A stretch of DNA of 64,000 nt from Rickettsiales bacterium (GCA_965658435.1 CBFHSE010000002.1:239-64238); one strand, 5' to 3'; shown: positions 45,519-54,545, numbered from the stretch's first letter. Notes: generated from the letters alone by a model not told the origin. Program-made: numbers and translations.

Positions 45519-46886
45519 GTGTGGATTCACATACCTTCAGAATTTTATCCCTCTGTAGCGGAGTCGGAGGAATCGAGCTTGGATTCAAGCTGGCTGTTCC
45601 CTCTGTTAGAACAGTCGGTTACATCGAGAACGAAGCCTTTGCGTGCAGTATCTTGGAAGCGCGCATGCAAGACAAAACCTTGGATGAAGCACCTATTTGG
45701 ACGGATCTTAAAACCTTCAACGGCAAACCTTGGCGTGGAAAAGTGGATTGCCTCACTGGAGGATATCCCTGCCAGCCATTTAGTGTCGCAGGAAAAAAAC
45801 TCGCTGAAAAAGACCCAAGACATCTCTGGCCAGAAATTAAACGACTCATCACAGAAATTGAACCACCCATCTGCTTCTTTGAAAATGTCGGCGGACATTT
45901 ACGATTGGGATTTGAGCAAGTCGCAAATGACCTATCAGAATTGGGTTACAAAATTAAGGCAGGCTTGTTTACAGCGCAGGAAGTCGGTGCTCCTCATAAA
46001 AGAGAAAGATTATTCATCTTGGCCTACAGTGATAGCGTCAGATCATCTATCAAATCCAACAGAAACTCTGGAGAGTTGGAAGAAGAGATCGGAGGCGAAG
46101 AAAAAACAAGGAATCAATCTTCACAAGCCACTAAGGATTGCTGTTCAGGAATTAGAAAATTGGCCAACTGTTGTGACATCGGATGCGGGCGTGGGAGCGA
46201 TCATATCCAAGAACGACACTTACAAAAAAACCTCAACAGGAAGTTTGAGGAAAATCAACAAGAATGGCAAAGACGGATCACTGGGACTTGCCAGAACAGT
46301 CAAGATGTGGCCGACAGTGAGAAGTTCATCTGCCAATGGGTCATGCCAAAACGAGATCAAGATGGGCAATCCAAAAGCGAGATTGGAAGTAGAAGTTCAG
46401 AACTGGCCAACACCAAGAGTGATGGAGCCGGGAAGCACGAGTCCGGGATATGGCAAGGGATTAAAAAACACTGCCATAAATTGGCGAACTCCCAATGCCT
46501 CGGATGGCGAGGGAGGAATAATGGAATGGAGAGATGGCAAAGCAGCAAAATTAAAGCTGAGGGATCATTCTGTTCATGCAGTGAAATCATGGGCAACACC
46601 AACAACGAGGGATTGGAAAGATGGCAGTGCGAAGAGCGAAAATGTTCCGACCAACTCCCTTCTTGGCCGCCAAGCCCCGCGAGCTATGAGCAGTGGGAAC
46701 GAATCCCAGATAACCTTAAACCCGCAATTCACAAATTGGCTGATGGGATGGCCAATCGGGTGGACGAAATTCGAGCCTCTGGAAATGGAGTGGTTCCGCT
46801 GGTTGCAGCTTATGCATGGAGAGTTCTTAGTGATGGAATGTATTTGGCTAAATGTAAAACAGAATCAAAAGAATCATGAAGGATAA
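45519..46886 (+). CDS. Overlapping +1-frame ORF (frame B) with six W-P/A/R-T repeats and an LMGWPIGWT motif
   Basis: 455 codons open in a frame offset by +1 from the C5-MTase. GTG start lies 2 nt before the frame-A GTG. Repeats are SWPTVIASD (46020), NWPTVVTSD (46161), MWPTVRSS (46308), NWPTPRV (46404), NWRTPNASDGEGG (46482), SWATPTTRDWKDG (46590), followed by LNPQFTNWLMGWPIGWT (46716-46766). Whether it is translated is unknown. Confidence 0.4.
   Translation: MWIHIPSEFYPSVAESEESSLDSSWLFPLLEQSVTSRTKPLRAVSWKRACKTKPWMKHLFGRILKPSTANLGVEKWIASLEDIPASHLVSQEKNSLKKTQDISGQKLNDSSQKLNHPSASLKMSADIYDWDLSKSQMTYQNWVTKLRQACLQRRKSVLLIKEKDYSSWPTVIASDHLSNPTETLESWKKRSEAKKKQGINLHKPLRIAVQELENWPTVVTSDAGVGAIISKNDTYKKTSTGSLRKINKNGKDGSLGLARTVKMWPTVRSSSANGSCQNEIKMGNPKARLEVEVQNWPTPRVMEPGSTSPGYGKGLKNTAINWRTPNASDGEGGIMEWRDGKAAKLKLRDHSVHAVKSWATPTTRDWKDGSAKSENVPTNSLLGRQAPRAMSSGNESQITLNPQFTNWLMGWPIGWTKFEPLEMEWFRWLQLMHGEFLVMECIWLNVKQNQKNHEG
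45521..46879 (+). CDS. DNA (cytosine-5)-methyltransferase, frame A
   Basis: Motif I LCSGVGG (45551), IV GGYPCQPFS (45758), VI FFENV (45875), VIII APHKRERLFI (45989), and the motif X region ADGMANRVDEIRASGNGVVP (46739-46798). The ~230 aa between VIII and X look non-globular. The ORF opens at a TTG at 45470 inside the terminator hairpin, so GTG at 45521 is preferred. The stop overlaps the next ATG. Confidence 0.7.
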   Translation: MDSHTFRILSLCSGVGGIELGFKLAVPSVRTVGYIENEAFACSILEARMQDKTLDEAPIWTDLKTFNGKPWRGKVDCLTGGYPCQPFSVAGKKLAEKDPRHLWPEIKRLITEIEPPICFFENVGGHLRLGFEQVANDLSELGYKIKAGLFTAQEVGAPHKRERLFILAYSDSVRSSIKSNRNSGELEEEIGGEEKTRNQSSQATKDCCSGIRKLANCCDIGCGRGSDHIQERHLQKNLNRKFEENQQEWQRRITGTCQNSQDVADSEKFICQWVMPKRDQDGQSKSEIGSRSSELANTKSDGAGKHESGIWQGIKKHCHKLANSQCLGWRGRNNGMERWQSSKIKAEGSFCSCSEIMGNTNNEGLERWQCEERKCSDQLPSWPPSPASYEQWERIPDNLKPAIHKLADGMANRVDEIRASGNGVVPLVAAYAWRVLSDGMYLAKCKTESKES

Positions 46887-48180
46887 TTTTTTGCCAAAAA
46901 TGGCAGACCATATTGAGATGAAGTCAGTTGAGGAGTTAATTCCATACTCCAAAAATGCTAGAACTCACAGCGAGAATCAAGTGGTGCAAATTGCCAATAG
47001 CATTATTGAATTTGGATTTACCAACCCAGTTTTAATTGATGGAGATAAAGGAATAATTGCCGGCCATGGAAGATTAATGGCAGCTAAAAAACTAAATTTA
47101 TCTCAAGTTCCAGTTGTTATTCTTGATCATTTAAGCGAAGCACAAAAGCGCGCTTATATTATAGCTGATAACAAATTAGCAGAAAATGCTGGCTGGGATG
47201 AAGAAATTTTAGCAAATGAACTCCATGATCTGAAAGAAGAAAATTTTGATTTAGATCTAATCGGCTTTGAAGATCAGGAATTAGAACGATTATTTACCAA
47301 CCTCTATGAATCAGACGAAAATGAGGAAGAGGAAAATTTACCAGAAATTGAAGAAAAGCCAATCTCAAAAGCCGGTGATATTTGGTTGCTTGGTGATCAC
47401 AAATTAATTTGTGGTGATTCATGCAAATTAGAAACTTACCAAGCCCTTCTTACCAATGAGCTAGCCGATATGACCTTCACCGATCCACCTTACAATGTGG
47501 ATTATGGCAACACAATGAAGGATAATTTAATTGGCAAAAAGAACGCTAAAACTGGCAAGGAATATAAAAACGCATCAGGGCAAAGAACAATTTTAAATGA
47601 TAATCTTGGTGATGATTTCCCTAAATTTCTTTTTGATTGTTGCTCAAATATTTTGGCACGTACAAAGGGAGCTTGTTATATTTGTATGAGTAGCTCAGAG
47701 CTTCATAATTTACAAAAAGCATTTATTGATGCTGGTGGTAAATGGTCAACTTTTATCGTCTGGGCAAAAAATCATTTCACTCTTGGTAGAAGTGATTACC
47801 AAAGACAATATGAGCCAATACTTTATGGCTGGAAAGAAAAGAACGATCATTATTGGTGTGGTGACAGAAATCAATCTGATGTTTGGTATTTTAACAAACC
47901 AAATAAGAGCGAGCTTCACCCAACAATGAAGCCTGTAGAACTCGTTAAAAAAGCTATTTTAAATTCATCTAAAACTGATGATATTATTCTCGATCCCTTT
48001 GGTGGATCTGGCTCAACTTTAATTGCAGCCGAGCAGTTAAAAAGAAGATGCAGAATGATTGAATTAGATCCGAAATATGTGGATGTTATAATTAAAAGAT
48101 GGCAAAATTTAACCGGTAAAAAAGCAATAAATTCGATTAGTGAAAAAAGCTTTGATGAAATTTTAAATGACAATGAGTAA
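46876..48180 (+). CDS. ParB-like nuclease domain fused to a beta-class N6-adenine/N4-cytosine DNA methyltransferase
   Basis: ParB N-domain (NARTHSENQV...NPVLID...IIAGHGRLMAA), motif IV TDPPYNV, and later motif I DPFGGSGSTLIAAEQL (order IV then I, i.e. beta class). Confidence 0.9.
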   Translation: MKDNFLPKMADHIEMKSVEELIPYSKNARTHSENQVVQIANSIIEFGFTNPVLIDGDKGIIAGHGRLMAAKKLNLSQVPVVILDHLSEAQKRAYIIADNKLAENAGWDEEILANELHDLKEENFDLDLIGFEDQELERLFTNLYESDENEEEENLPEIEEKPISKAGDIWLLGDHKLICGDSCKLETYQALLTNELADMTFTDPPYNVDYGNTMKDNLIGKKNAKTGKEYKNASGQRTILNDNLGDDFPKFLFDCCSNILARTKGACYICMSSSELHNLQKAFIDAGGKWSTFIVWAKNHFTLGRSDYQRQYEPILYGWKEKNDHYWCGDRNQSDVWYFNKPNKSELHPTMKPVELVKKAILNSSKTDDIILDPFGGSGSTLIAAEQLKRRCRMIELDPKYVDVIIKRWQNLTGKKAINSISEKSFDEILNDNE

Positions 48181-48367
48181 AGAAAATAATGACATTAAGG
48201 AATCAATAATTTTGGAAGCCAAAAAATTAGTTGAAGAAAATGGAAGCAAGGCAGTTGAAATTGTTAATCGAAAAATTGAAGGCTTGAAAAATCAGTATTC
48301 TAGAGAAAGTGATTTTGCTTTTTTACTATTAACTGAAGTGGAAAAATTATTGGAGGCTAAAAATTAA
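48167..48367 (+). CDS. Hypothetical small protein
   Basis: ORF overlapping the methylase stop. No motif recognised. Confidence 0.3.
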   Translation: MTMSKENNDIKESIILEAKKLVEENGSKAVEIVNRKIEGLKNQYSRESDFAFLLLTEVEKLLEAKN

Positions 48368-48675
48368 TAAGGTATGTAACTTTCCTCAATTGATTTGCAG
48401 ATATTTTTGCAAATTTTAAAAGCCTCTTTATCCCAAGGTTTTGTAGCATTTTCTTTATTATCTAGAAAATTTCTTAAATGAGTTTCGACTAAAAATCTAA
48501 CATCAGTATCATCGCCACAGGCTTCTTGTTCTGATAAGATTTGATCAAAAAGATCGTCATCACCAAGTAAATCATAAAGCTCATCTTCGGCAATTTTTGC
48601 TGGCAATGGTTTTGATGTTAATTTTTGTAATTTTTTAGCTTTTTGTACTGTTTGAGGTAAATTCCAAGTTCCCAT
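48364..48675 (-). CDS. Hypothetical acidic protein (opposite strand to the phage operons)
   Basis: A 103-aa ORF with an acidic central region. No motif recognised. Confidence 0.4.
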   Translation of the reverse strand: MGTWNLPQTVQKAKKLQKLTSKPLPAKIAEDELYDLLGDDDLFDQILSEQEACGDDTDVRFLVETHLRNFLDNKENATKPWDKEAFKICKNICKSIEESYIPY

Positions 48676-48689
48676 AAATTCTCCTGTAA

Positions 48690-48917
48690 TTATTGGTTAT
48701 ATTTGAATTCTTCTTCTTTCATGATGCCGGCAGCAAATAAAACATTCTCAAGTTTTTCTGCTAAATTATAAGTGTTACCAGCGTAAACCTCTTGAGAGCC
48801 TTCGAAATCATTAAGAAACTTTAAATTTTCTTCATGAAATTTGCTTAATTTTTGGATCATTTCAGATATATCAGAGTTATATTTTTTGATGCGCTCTTTT
48901 GCAGGTAAATTTGACAT
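48690..48917 (-). CDS. Hypothetical small protein (opposite strand)
   Basis: A 75-aa ORF lying 14 nt upstream of the 103-aa ORF on the same strand. Confidence 0.4.
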   Translation of the reverse strand: MSNLPAKERIKKYNSDISEMIQKLSKFHEENLKFLNDFEGSQEVYAGNTYNLAEKLENVLFAAGIMKEEEFKYNQ

Positions 48918-49042
48918 TTTTTATTAATTTAATTGATTAATAAATAAGCTCTAAAGCCTTGTATATTATAGCTTCTTACCTTTTGTCTATCAAGTTAATT
49001 AGTTAAAAAATAATCAAAGAAATTCAAGAATTATGAAGAAAT

Positions 49043-49555
49043 ATGGAACTCTCAATCAGAGCTTACGCAAAACATCGAGGAGTAACTGAAGGGGCAGTTA
49101 GAAAAGCAATAAAACAAGGAAGAATTAGCAAAAAAGATAATGGTAAAATTGATCCTAATTTAGCAGATAAAGAATGGTCAAAAAATACTGATCCAGCACA
49201 AATTAAAAAAACTGAAAATCAGGAACAGAATCAAGAAAAAATTAGCAATATTTCTTCTCCTTCAAACCCTCTATCAGTTGGCCCTAGCTATCAGCAAAGT
49301 AGAGCTATTAAGGAAGCTTATAATGCTAAATTAACCAGACTGCAATTTGAGAAGGAGTCTAAAAAATTAATCTCAGTAGATGAGGTAAAAATATCAGCCT
49401 TTAATGCTGCAAGAATGACCAGAGATAGAATGTTAAATATTCCTGATCGAGTGATTCCTGCTTTGGTTGGTAAAACTGATATTTTTGAGATGAAGGAAAT
49501 TTTAAAAACAGAAATAGTTAAAGCTTTAGAAGAATTATCAAAAAATGATGTATGA
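49043..49555 (+). CDS. Putative terminase small subunit
   Basis: N-terminal HTH (IRAYAKHRGVTEGAVRKAIKQGRI). It lies immediately upstream of, and overlaps, the large terminase gene. Confidence 0.6.
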   Translation: MELSIRAYAKHRGVTEGAVRKAIKQGRISKKDNGKIDPNLADKEWSKNTDPAQIKKTENQEQNQEKISNISSPSNPLSVGPSYQQSRAIKEAYNAKLTRLQFEKESKKLISVDEVKISAFNAARMTRDRMLNIPDRVIPALVGKTDIFEMKEILKTEIVKALEELSKNDV

Positions 49556-51410
49556 TGATCTATATTTTAAGAGCTTTAGAGCAGGATTAAAACCAGATCC
49601 AAATTTTAATATCTCTGAGTGGGCGGATCATCATAGAATTTTAACATCAATTTCTTCAAGCGAGCCTGGACCATGGAGAACAGATAGAACTCCTTATTTA
49701 AAAGAAATAATGGACTACCTTTCGCCAAGCAATTCTTGTGAAAAGGTTGTCTTCATGAAGGGTGCGCAAATTGGTGGTACTGAATGTGGCAATAACTGGA
49801 TGGGATTTGTAATTCATCATGCCCCAGGCCCGATGCTAATTGTAAATCCAACAGTAGAAACTGCCAAGAGAACCTCAAAAATGAGGATTGATCCTGCAAT
49901 TGAGAATTGCCCAGCTCTAAAAGATAAGGTAAATGATCCAAGAAGTAGAGATTCTGGCAATACCATGCTAATGAAGGAATTTCCTGGTGGAGTTCTAATT
50001 TTAACTGGAGCTAATTCTGCGGTTGGTCTTCGTTCAATGCCAATTAGATATCTATTCCTAGATGAAATTGACGGCTATCCAGACGATGCAGCATCTGAAG
50101 GTGATCCTGTAAATTTGGCAATTCAAAGAACAGCTACATTTGCTAATAGGAAAATATTCATGATCTCAACCCCGACTATTAAAAATTATAGTCGGATTGA
50201 AACTGCATTTTTAGAAGGAGATCAAAGATATTATTATGTTCCTTGCCCTGATTGTGGCGAGTTTCAAATATTAAAATGGCAAAATGTAAAATGGCCAAAA
50301 GGTGATCCAGAAAACGCCTATTATGAATGCAAAAAATGCAAATCGCATTGGCAAGATCATCAAAAGGCCGAAATTCTAAAAAATGGCAAATGGATAGCCA
50401 CCTCGAGTAATACTGATAAAAAGGTCGTATCTTTTCATTTATCATCACTTTACTCACCTCATGGCTGGGTAAGTTGGGGTAATATTGCCAAAGAATTTTC
50501 TGAAGTTCATAAAGATCCACCAAGGCTGCAAGTTTGGACAAATACTAAACTCGCTGAAACTTGGGAGGATATGTCTGGTGAGGCTATTGATCCTACGGGA
50601 CTTTTGAAACGAAGAGAAAATTTTGGCAAATATTTACCAAAAGATATAGCAATAATTACTGCTGGCGTTGATGTTCAAGATAACAGATTAGAGCTAGAAA
50701 TTGTTGGTTGGGGAAAAGATGAAGAATCATGGTCGCTTGATTATCAGGTGATTTATGGCGATCCATCAACTCCTGATTTGTGGGATGATTTGGATAAAAT
50801 TTTAAATCACACTTTTATTCATAGTAGAAATTTAGGCAATTTCCCTATTACTGCTGTAGCTGTGGATTCTGGTGGTCATTATACTGATCATGTCATTAAT
50901 TACTGCGATGAGCGAAAACATAAGAGAGTCTTTGCTATCAAAGGAAGTTCTAATGGTAATGGTGTTCCAATCTGGCCGGTAAGAGCAAGTCAAAATAAAA
51001 GGCTCAAAAAACCAGTTTATGTAATTGGCGTAAATGATGCCAAGGAAACCTTAATGCAGCGTTTAAGAATTGAGAAATTAGGTGCTGGTTATTGGCATTT
51101 TCCAATTGAGCGAGATCAAGAATGGTTTAATCAAATAACTTCTGAGGTTGTAAAAACCAAATATGTTAAAGGCAGACCAGTTCGTTCTTGGCAACCAAGA
51201 AAAGAAGGTCAGGCAACTGAAGGGTTAGATTGTAGAGTTTATGCTTTTGCAGCGCTTAGAGGTTTGGTTAGAAATTGGAAATTAGATTTAAACAAACTTG
51301 CTCACAAATTAGCAGAAATACCTCTTCGTGAATCTGAGCCAGATATTCAAAGTCAAAAAGCTAGCAGAATTTCACGAACAAGACGAGTTCGAAGCAAAGG
51401 AATAAATTAG
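49545..51410 (+). CDS. Terminase large subunit, lambda GpA family
   Basis: PGPWRTDRTPYLKEIMD, KGAQIGGTE (Walker A-like), LFLDEIDGYP, and a zinc-ribbon-like CPDCGEF...CKKCKSHW, as in GpA-type terminases. Confidence 0.9.
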   Translation: MMYDDLYFKSFRAGLKPDPNFNISEWADHHRILTSISSSEPGPWRTDRTPYLKEIMDYLSPSNSCEKVVFMKGAQIGGTECGNNWMGFVIHHAPGPMLIVNPTVETAKRTSKMRIDPAIENCPALKDKVNDPRSRDSGNTMLMKEFPGGVLILTGANSAVGLRSMPIRYLFLDEIDGYPDDAASEGDPVNLAIQRTATFANRKIFMISTPTIKNYSRIETAFLEGDQRYYYVPCPDCGEFQILKWQNVKWPKGDPENAYYECKKCKSHWQDHQKAEILKNGKWIATSSNTDKKVVSFHLSSLYSPHGWVSWGNIAKEFSEVHKDPPRLQVWTNTKLAETWEDMSGEAIDPTGLLKRRENFGKYLPKDIAIITAGVDVQDNRLELEIVGWGKDEESWSLDYQVIYGDPSTPDLWDDLDKILNHTFIHSRNLGNFPITAVAVDSGGHYTDHVINYCDERKHKRVFAIKGSSNGNGVPIWPVRASQNKRLKKPVYVIGVNDAKETLMQRLRIEKLGAGYWHFPIERDQEWFNQITSEVVKTKYVKGRPVRSWQPRKEGQATEGLDCRVYAFAALRGLVRNWKLDLNKLAHKLAEIPLRESEPDIQSQKASRISRTRRVRSKGIN

Positions 51411-51414
51411 TCTC

Positions 51415-51618
51415 ATGGAATCTTTAGAAGAACAATTAACGGAAGTCCAGCAAGCCATCTCGGATGTTTTAAATAATGCTCAAGAAGCAAGCTATAATGG
51501 CCAAAGAGTTAAAAAGGCAGATTTGGCAATTTTAGAGCAACGAGAAAAACGACTTTTGGTTCAAATTAAAAGAAAAAAACGAGGCGGAATTAGAATAAGA
51601 GGAACAACTCCAACATGA
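51415..51618 (+). CDS. Head-tail joining protein, gpW-like
   Basis: 67 aa, between terminase and portal as in lambda. Helical L..L...Q.AI pattern with a basic tail. Confidence 0.6.
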   Translation: MESLEEQLTEVQQAISDVLNNAQEASYNGQRVKKADLAILEQREKRLLVQIKRKKRGGIRIRGTTPT

Positions 51619-53186
51619 GCAAAAAATTAAGAATTTCTGATAACTGGCTGGATAAAACCATATCTTATTTTAGCCCACAAATAGGTCTAAAAAGATTAGA
51701 GTCTAGAGCCAGACTTTCTATTGCTGGAGGATATGTTGGCGCAAGGCGTGATCGTAGACAAACCAAATCATGGGATATAAGTGATGGATCTGCTGATAAT
51801 GTTACATTGCCTGATTTGCCAGCTCTCAGGGAAAGATCTCGTGATTTAATTAGAAATGCACCTCTTGCCTGTGGCGCTGTAAATACAGTTGTAACCAATG
51901 TTGTTGGTACTGGTTTAAAAGTTCAATCTCATATTGATCGTGAAGTTTTAAAACCATTTTTTAAAGATGAATCTGAATTTGATAAATTTGAAAGAAATGC
52001 CGAAAGAATTTTTAGAAATTGGGCAGAAAATACAGATTGTGATATTACCAGAAGTCAGACATTTTCTGAAATTCAAAATCTGATTTTAAGATCGGTTTTA
52101 GAAAGTGGTGATATTTTTATCATTAAAAGAAATGTTTCTCGATCAAGCAAGTTAATTGATCTTAGCCTACAATTAGTTGAAGCAGATCGAGTTTCAAATC
52201 CTGATTATAAAACTAACACAGAAAAGTTAATTGCTGGAGTTGAGGTTGATAAAAATGGAGCGCCGATTGCTTATCATATTTGCAATCAGCATCCAGATGA
52301 TTACCAAACTGAGAAAAGTAAAAAATATGTCAAAATCCCTGCCTTTGATAAATATGATAATAGACAGGTATTTCATATTTTTAATCGAATCAGACCAGGT
52401 CTAACAAGAGGAGTTCCTTATTTAGCACCAGTTATTGAAAGCTTAAAACAGCTAGATCGCTACACCGAAGCAGAAATAATGTCAGCGGTAATATCTGCCA
52501 TGTTCACTGTTTTTGTTAAATCAGAAGATGAAGAAGATTTAGCACCAATGACACCACTCGATGAAGTGGGTGGGAGAAGAGATGATGGTGATTATAAATT
52601 AGCACCAGGTGCAATTCTTGATTTGCAACCAAATGAAAATATTGAAATTGCCGATCCTAAAAGACCAAACCAAGCATTTGATCCTTTTGTGCAAGCAATA
52701 CTTCGTCAAGTTGGCGTAGCTTTAGAACTACCTTTTGAAATTTTAATTAAACATTTCACAGCAAGTTATTCAGCAGCGCAAGCTGCTCTTGTTGAAGCAT
52801 GGAAGTTTTTCTCATCAAGAAGAAGTTGGCTCGCAATACAGCTTTGCCAACCAGTTTATGAAATGGTAATAACTGAGGCTATTGCTAAAGGCTTACTCAA
52901 AGCACCAGGATTTTTCAATAATCCAATAATTAAAAATGCTTATTTAGGAGCTCAGTGGATTGGTCCACCAAGAGGTCAAATTGATCAGTTAAAAGAAGTT
53001 AAAGCAGCAGAGCTTCGTGTAAATATGGGAATTTCAACTCTAGCTGAAGAAACTGCTATTTTAACTGGTGGCGATTGGGAAAGAAAATATCCACAAATTT
53101 TAAAGGAACATTCCTTAAAGCAAGAAGCTGGAATTAACAATCAAACAAAACAAGAAAATATCAATTTAGAAAAAGCAGATGAATGA
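51615..53186 (+). CDS. Portal protein, lambda family
   Basis: LRERSRDLIRNAPLACGAVNTVVTNVVGTGL and the downstream conserved blocks. Size and position fit a portal. Confidence 0.9.
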   Translation: MSKKLRISDNWLDKTISYFSPQIGLKRLESRARLSIAGGYVGARRDRRQTKSWDISDGSADNVTLPDLPALRERSRDLIRNAPLACGAVNTVVTNVVGTGLKVQSHIDREVLKPFFKDESEFDKFERNAERIFRNWAENTDCDITRSQTFSEIQNLILRSVLESGDIFIIKRNVSRSSKLIDLSLQLVEADRVSNPDYKTNTEKLIAGVEVDKNGAPIAYHICNQHPDDYQTEKSKKYVKIPAFDKYDNRQVFHIFNRIRPGLTRGVPYLAPVIESLKQLDRYTEAEIMSAVISAMFTVFVKSEDEEDLAPMTPLDEVGGRRDDGDYKLAPGAILDLQPNENIEIADPKRPNQAFDPFVQAILRQVGVALELPFEILIKHFTASYSAAQAALVEAWKFFSSRRSWLAIQLCQPVYEMVITEAIAKGLLKAPGFFNNPIIKNAYLGAQWIGPPRGQIDQLKEVKAAELRVNMGISTLAEETAILTGGDWERKYPQILKEHSLKQEAGINNQTKQENINLEKADE

Positions 53187-54537
53187 CCTTTTTAAAATAG
53201 GTAAATACTGGGCAATTGAACCTGATTATTTGAAAGCGATATCAAAGGAATCACTCTCAACCAGATCAGAAAAGCCACTAAACAATAGCAGATCGGTTTC
53301 AATTAGAGATGGTACAGCAATTATTCCAATTCACGGAGTAATAACAGCCAGAACAACTCTTTTTAGCTTATTTGCTGGTGGAACTTCACTAGAAGATTTA
53401 GCCAAGGATTTTAGCGAGGCTTTAAATAGTGATGAGGTTACATCAATTTTATTAGATATTGATTCTCCTGGTGGTGTTGCTGTTGGCCCATTTGAAATGG
53501 CTGAGATGATTTTTAAGGGAAGATCAAAAAAGCCAATCTATTCCTATATTGGACGAAATGGATCATCGGCTGCTTATTGGTTAGCAAGTGCCACTGAGAA
53601 GATATTTGTTAATCAATCAGCTTTGGTTGGATCAATTGGAGTTGTAACAACAATTCCAGTTCAAGAGCAACCTGATATGGATGGCTATAAAAATATCGAG
53701 ATTGTTTCAAGCAATGCCAATTTGAAAAGACCTGATCCAAAAACCAAGGAAGGTTTAGCGGAAATTCGGCGAGAACTTGATGATCTTGAATCTACTTTCA
53801 TTGAATCCATTGCCAAATATCGATCCATTACACCAGAAATTATCAAAGCAGATTTTGGTGGTGGTGGCGTAGTGATTGGCAAAGAAGCAGTTAAACGAAA
53901 TATGGCTGATGCACTTGGAACTTATGAGGAAGTTTTAAGTCTTTTTAACAACCAAAATCAATCAATAACAATAAATAATCAGATTATGAGCAATAAAGAA
54001 AATCAAAACAGTCCAGATATTTCCAAAAAGGAAATAACTGCCGATTACATAAAAAAAGAATTTCCTGATGTTACTAATGCTATTATACAAGAAGTATCAC
54101 CAGATATTAAAAAATCAGCTTTCAATGAAGGCGTTGAAGCTGGCAAGAAGCAAGAGCGAGATCGAATCTTAGCTATTGAATCCGCTGCCTTACCTGGTCA
54201 TGAAGATTTAATTGAGGAAGCTAAAAAAGATGGCTCAATTACTGCTGAGAAATTAGCTCTAAAAATCATCGCAGCAGAAAAAAACAAAGCTTCAGATTAT
54301 TTAGCCAATACAAAAAAGGCAGAAGAAGAAATCCCTAAAATTGAGCCAAATATTGATAAATCTGATACAGGAGAAAAGCAAATTCCAAAAGATGCACCTC
54401 TTGAAACTAGAGCTAAATCAATATGGGAATCTAATGCTAAAATTCGAGCTGAATTTGGTGAAGATTTTGACGCATACCACGCTTTTGCCAAAGCAAATGA
54501 AAGTGGTCAGGTAAGAATTTTATCAAACAATAAATAA
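53179..54537 (+). CDS. S49-family (ClpP-fold) head maturation protease with scaffold-like C-terminal region
   Basis: LLDIDSPGGVAVG..., GSSAAYWLASA (Ser nucleophile region), and a long charged helical C-terminal half. Confidence 0.85.
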   Translation: MNDLFKIGKYWAIEPDYLKAISKESLSTRSEKPLNNSRSVSIRDGTAIIPIHGVITARTTLFSLFAGGTSLEDLAKDFSEALNSDEVTSILLDIDSPGGVAVGPFEMAEMIFKGRSKKPIYSYIGRNGSSAAYWLASATEKIFVNQSALVGSIGVVTTIPVQEQPDMDGYKNIEIVSSNANLKRPDPKTKEGLAEIRRELDDLESTFIESIAKYRSITPEIIKADFGGGGVVIGKEAVKRNMADALGTYEEVLSLFNNQNQSITINNQIMSNKENQNSPDISKKEITADYIKKEFPDVTNAIIQEVSPDIKKSAFNEGVEAGKKQERDRILAIESAALPGHEDLIEEAKKDGSITAEKLALKIIAAEKNKASDYLANTKKAEEEIPKIEPNIDKSDTGEKQIPKDAPLETRAKSIWESNAKIRAEFGEDFDAYHAFAKANESGQVRILSNNK

Positions 54538-54545
54538 GGAAAGTC

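Noticed and set aside
45470-45520. A TTG start at 45470 for the C5-methyltransferase ORF.
   Set aside because: It would place the start codon inside the stem of the strong terminator hairpin (45451-45483). GTG at 45521 gives a normal spacing of about 10 aa before motif I.
46010-46775. Canonical programmed-frameshift signals at the two points where methyltransferase motifs switch frame.
   Set aside because: I looked for X-XXY-YYZ slippery heptamers or obvious +1 shift sites near 46015 and 46770 and found none convincing (for example ACG-AAA-TTC). Recoding therefore remains only one hypothesis among several.
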